Program-made: the position numbers and the translations under genes
NCBI GenBank assembly: GCA_044223005.1
Contig: JBGAML010000003.1
Location: 128,001 to 192,000, forward strand
From: Candidatus Eiseniibacteriota bacterium
GTDB taxonomy: Bacteria > Eisenbacteria > RBG-16-71-46
Direction: 5' to 3'
Length of the DNA: 64,000 bases
Notes under the pieces: model-generated
Seen by the model: only the letters and a program-made list of their open reading frames with translations
What the model was told of the DNA's origin: nothing
The model's database searches: none
Shown here: one piece after another, positions 64,000 through 64,000 of the stretch
How the letters are laid out: each line of letters opens with the position of its first letter
How positions within the stretch are numbered: position 1 is the stretch's first letter

Positions 64000-64000
64000 G

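Overview
A very GC-rich bacterial chromosomal segment from a diderm organism. Two secreted proteins carry T9SS/FlgD-Ig-like C-terminal domains, which suggests an FCB-related lineage such as Candidatus Eisenbacteria (inference only). From left to right the window holds: a DUF3224 protein, an isochorismatase and glyQS; a secreted beta-helix protein; pyrR with its own PyrR-binding leader; Lrp and EamA genes, a secreted GH32/43-like propeller, a cupin, mgtE and a tRNA nucleotidyltransferase; and a pyrB-pyrC-carA-carB-(TPR lipoprotein)-pyrK-pyrD-pyrF operon. After pyrF come a ~575 bp non-coding inverted-repeat element, a DMT transporter, an ECF sigma/anti-sigma pair and an OPT transporter. The last ~33 kb is a surface-polysaccharide locus that runs off the right edge and has khpA-rimM-trmD embedded in it. 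The most notable observations are: (1) the intergenic element at 25160-25734, two inverted copies of a multi-stem motif with compensatory base changes and GGA-loop hairpins; (2) a PyrR box overlapping the pyrB ribosome-binding site, followed by an intrinsic terminator inside the pyrB reading frame, suggesting translation-coupled attenuation; (3) a BcbE/F/G-like phosphatase/kinase/nucleotidyltransferase cassette and a dehydratase/epimerase/reductase set for unusual sugars. I recognised no tRNA, rRNA, CRISPR array, transposase or integrase. All calls come from reading motifs by eye; no database search was run.
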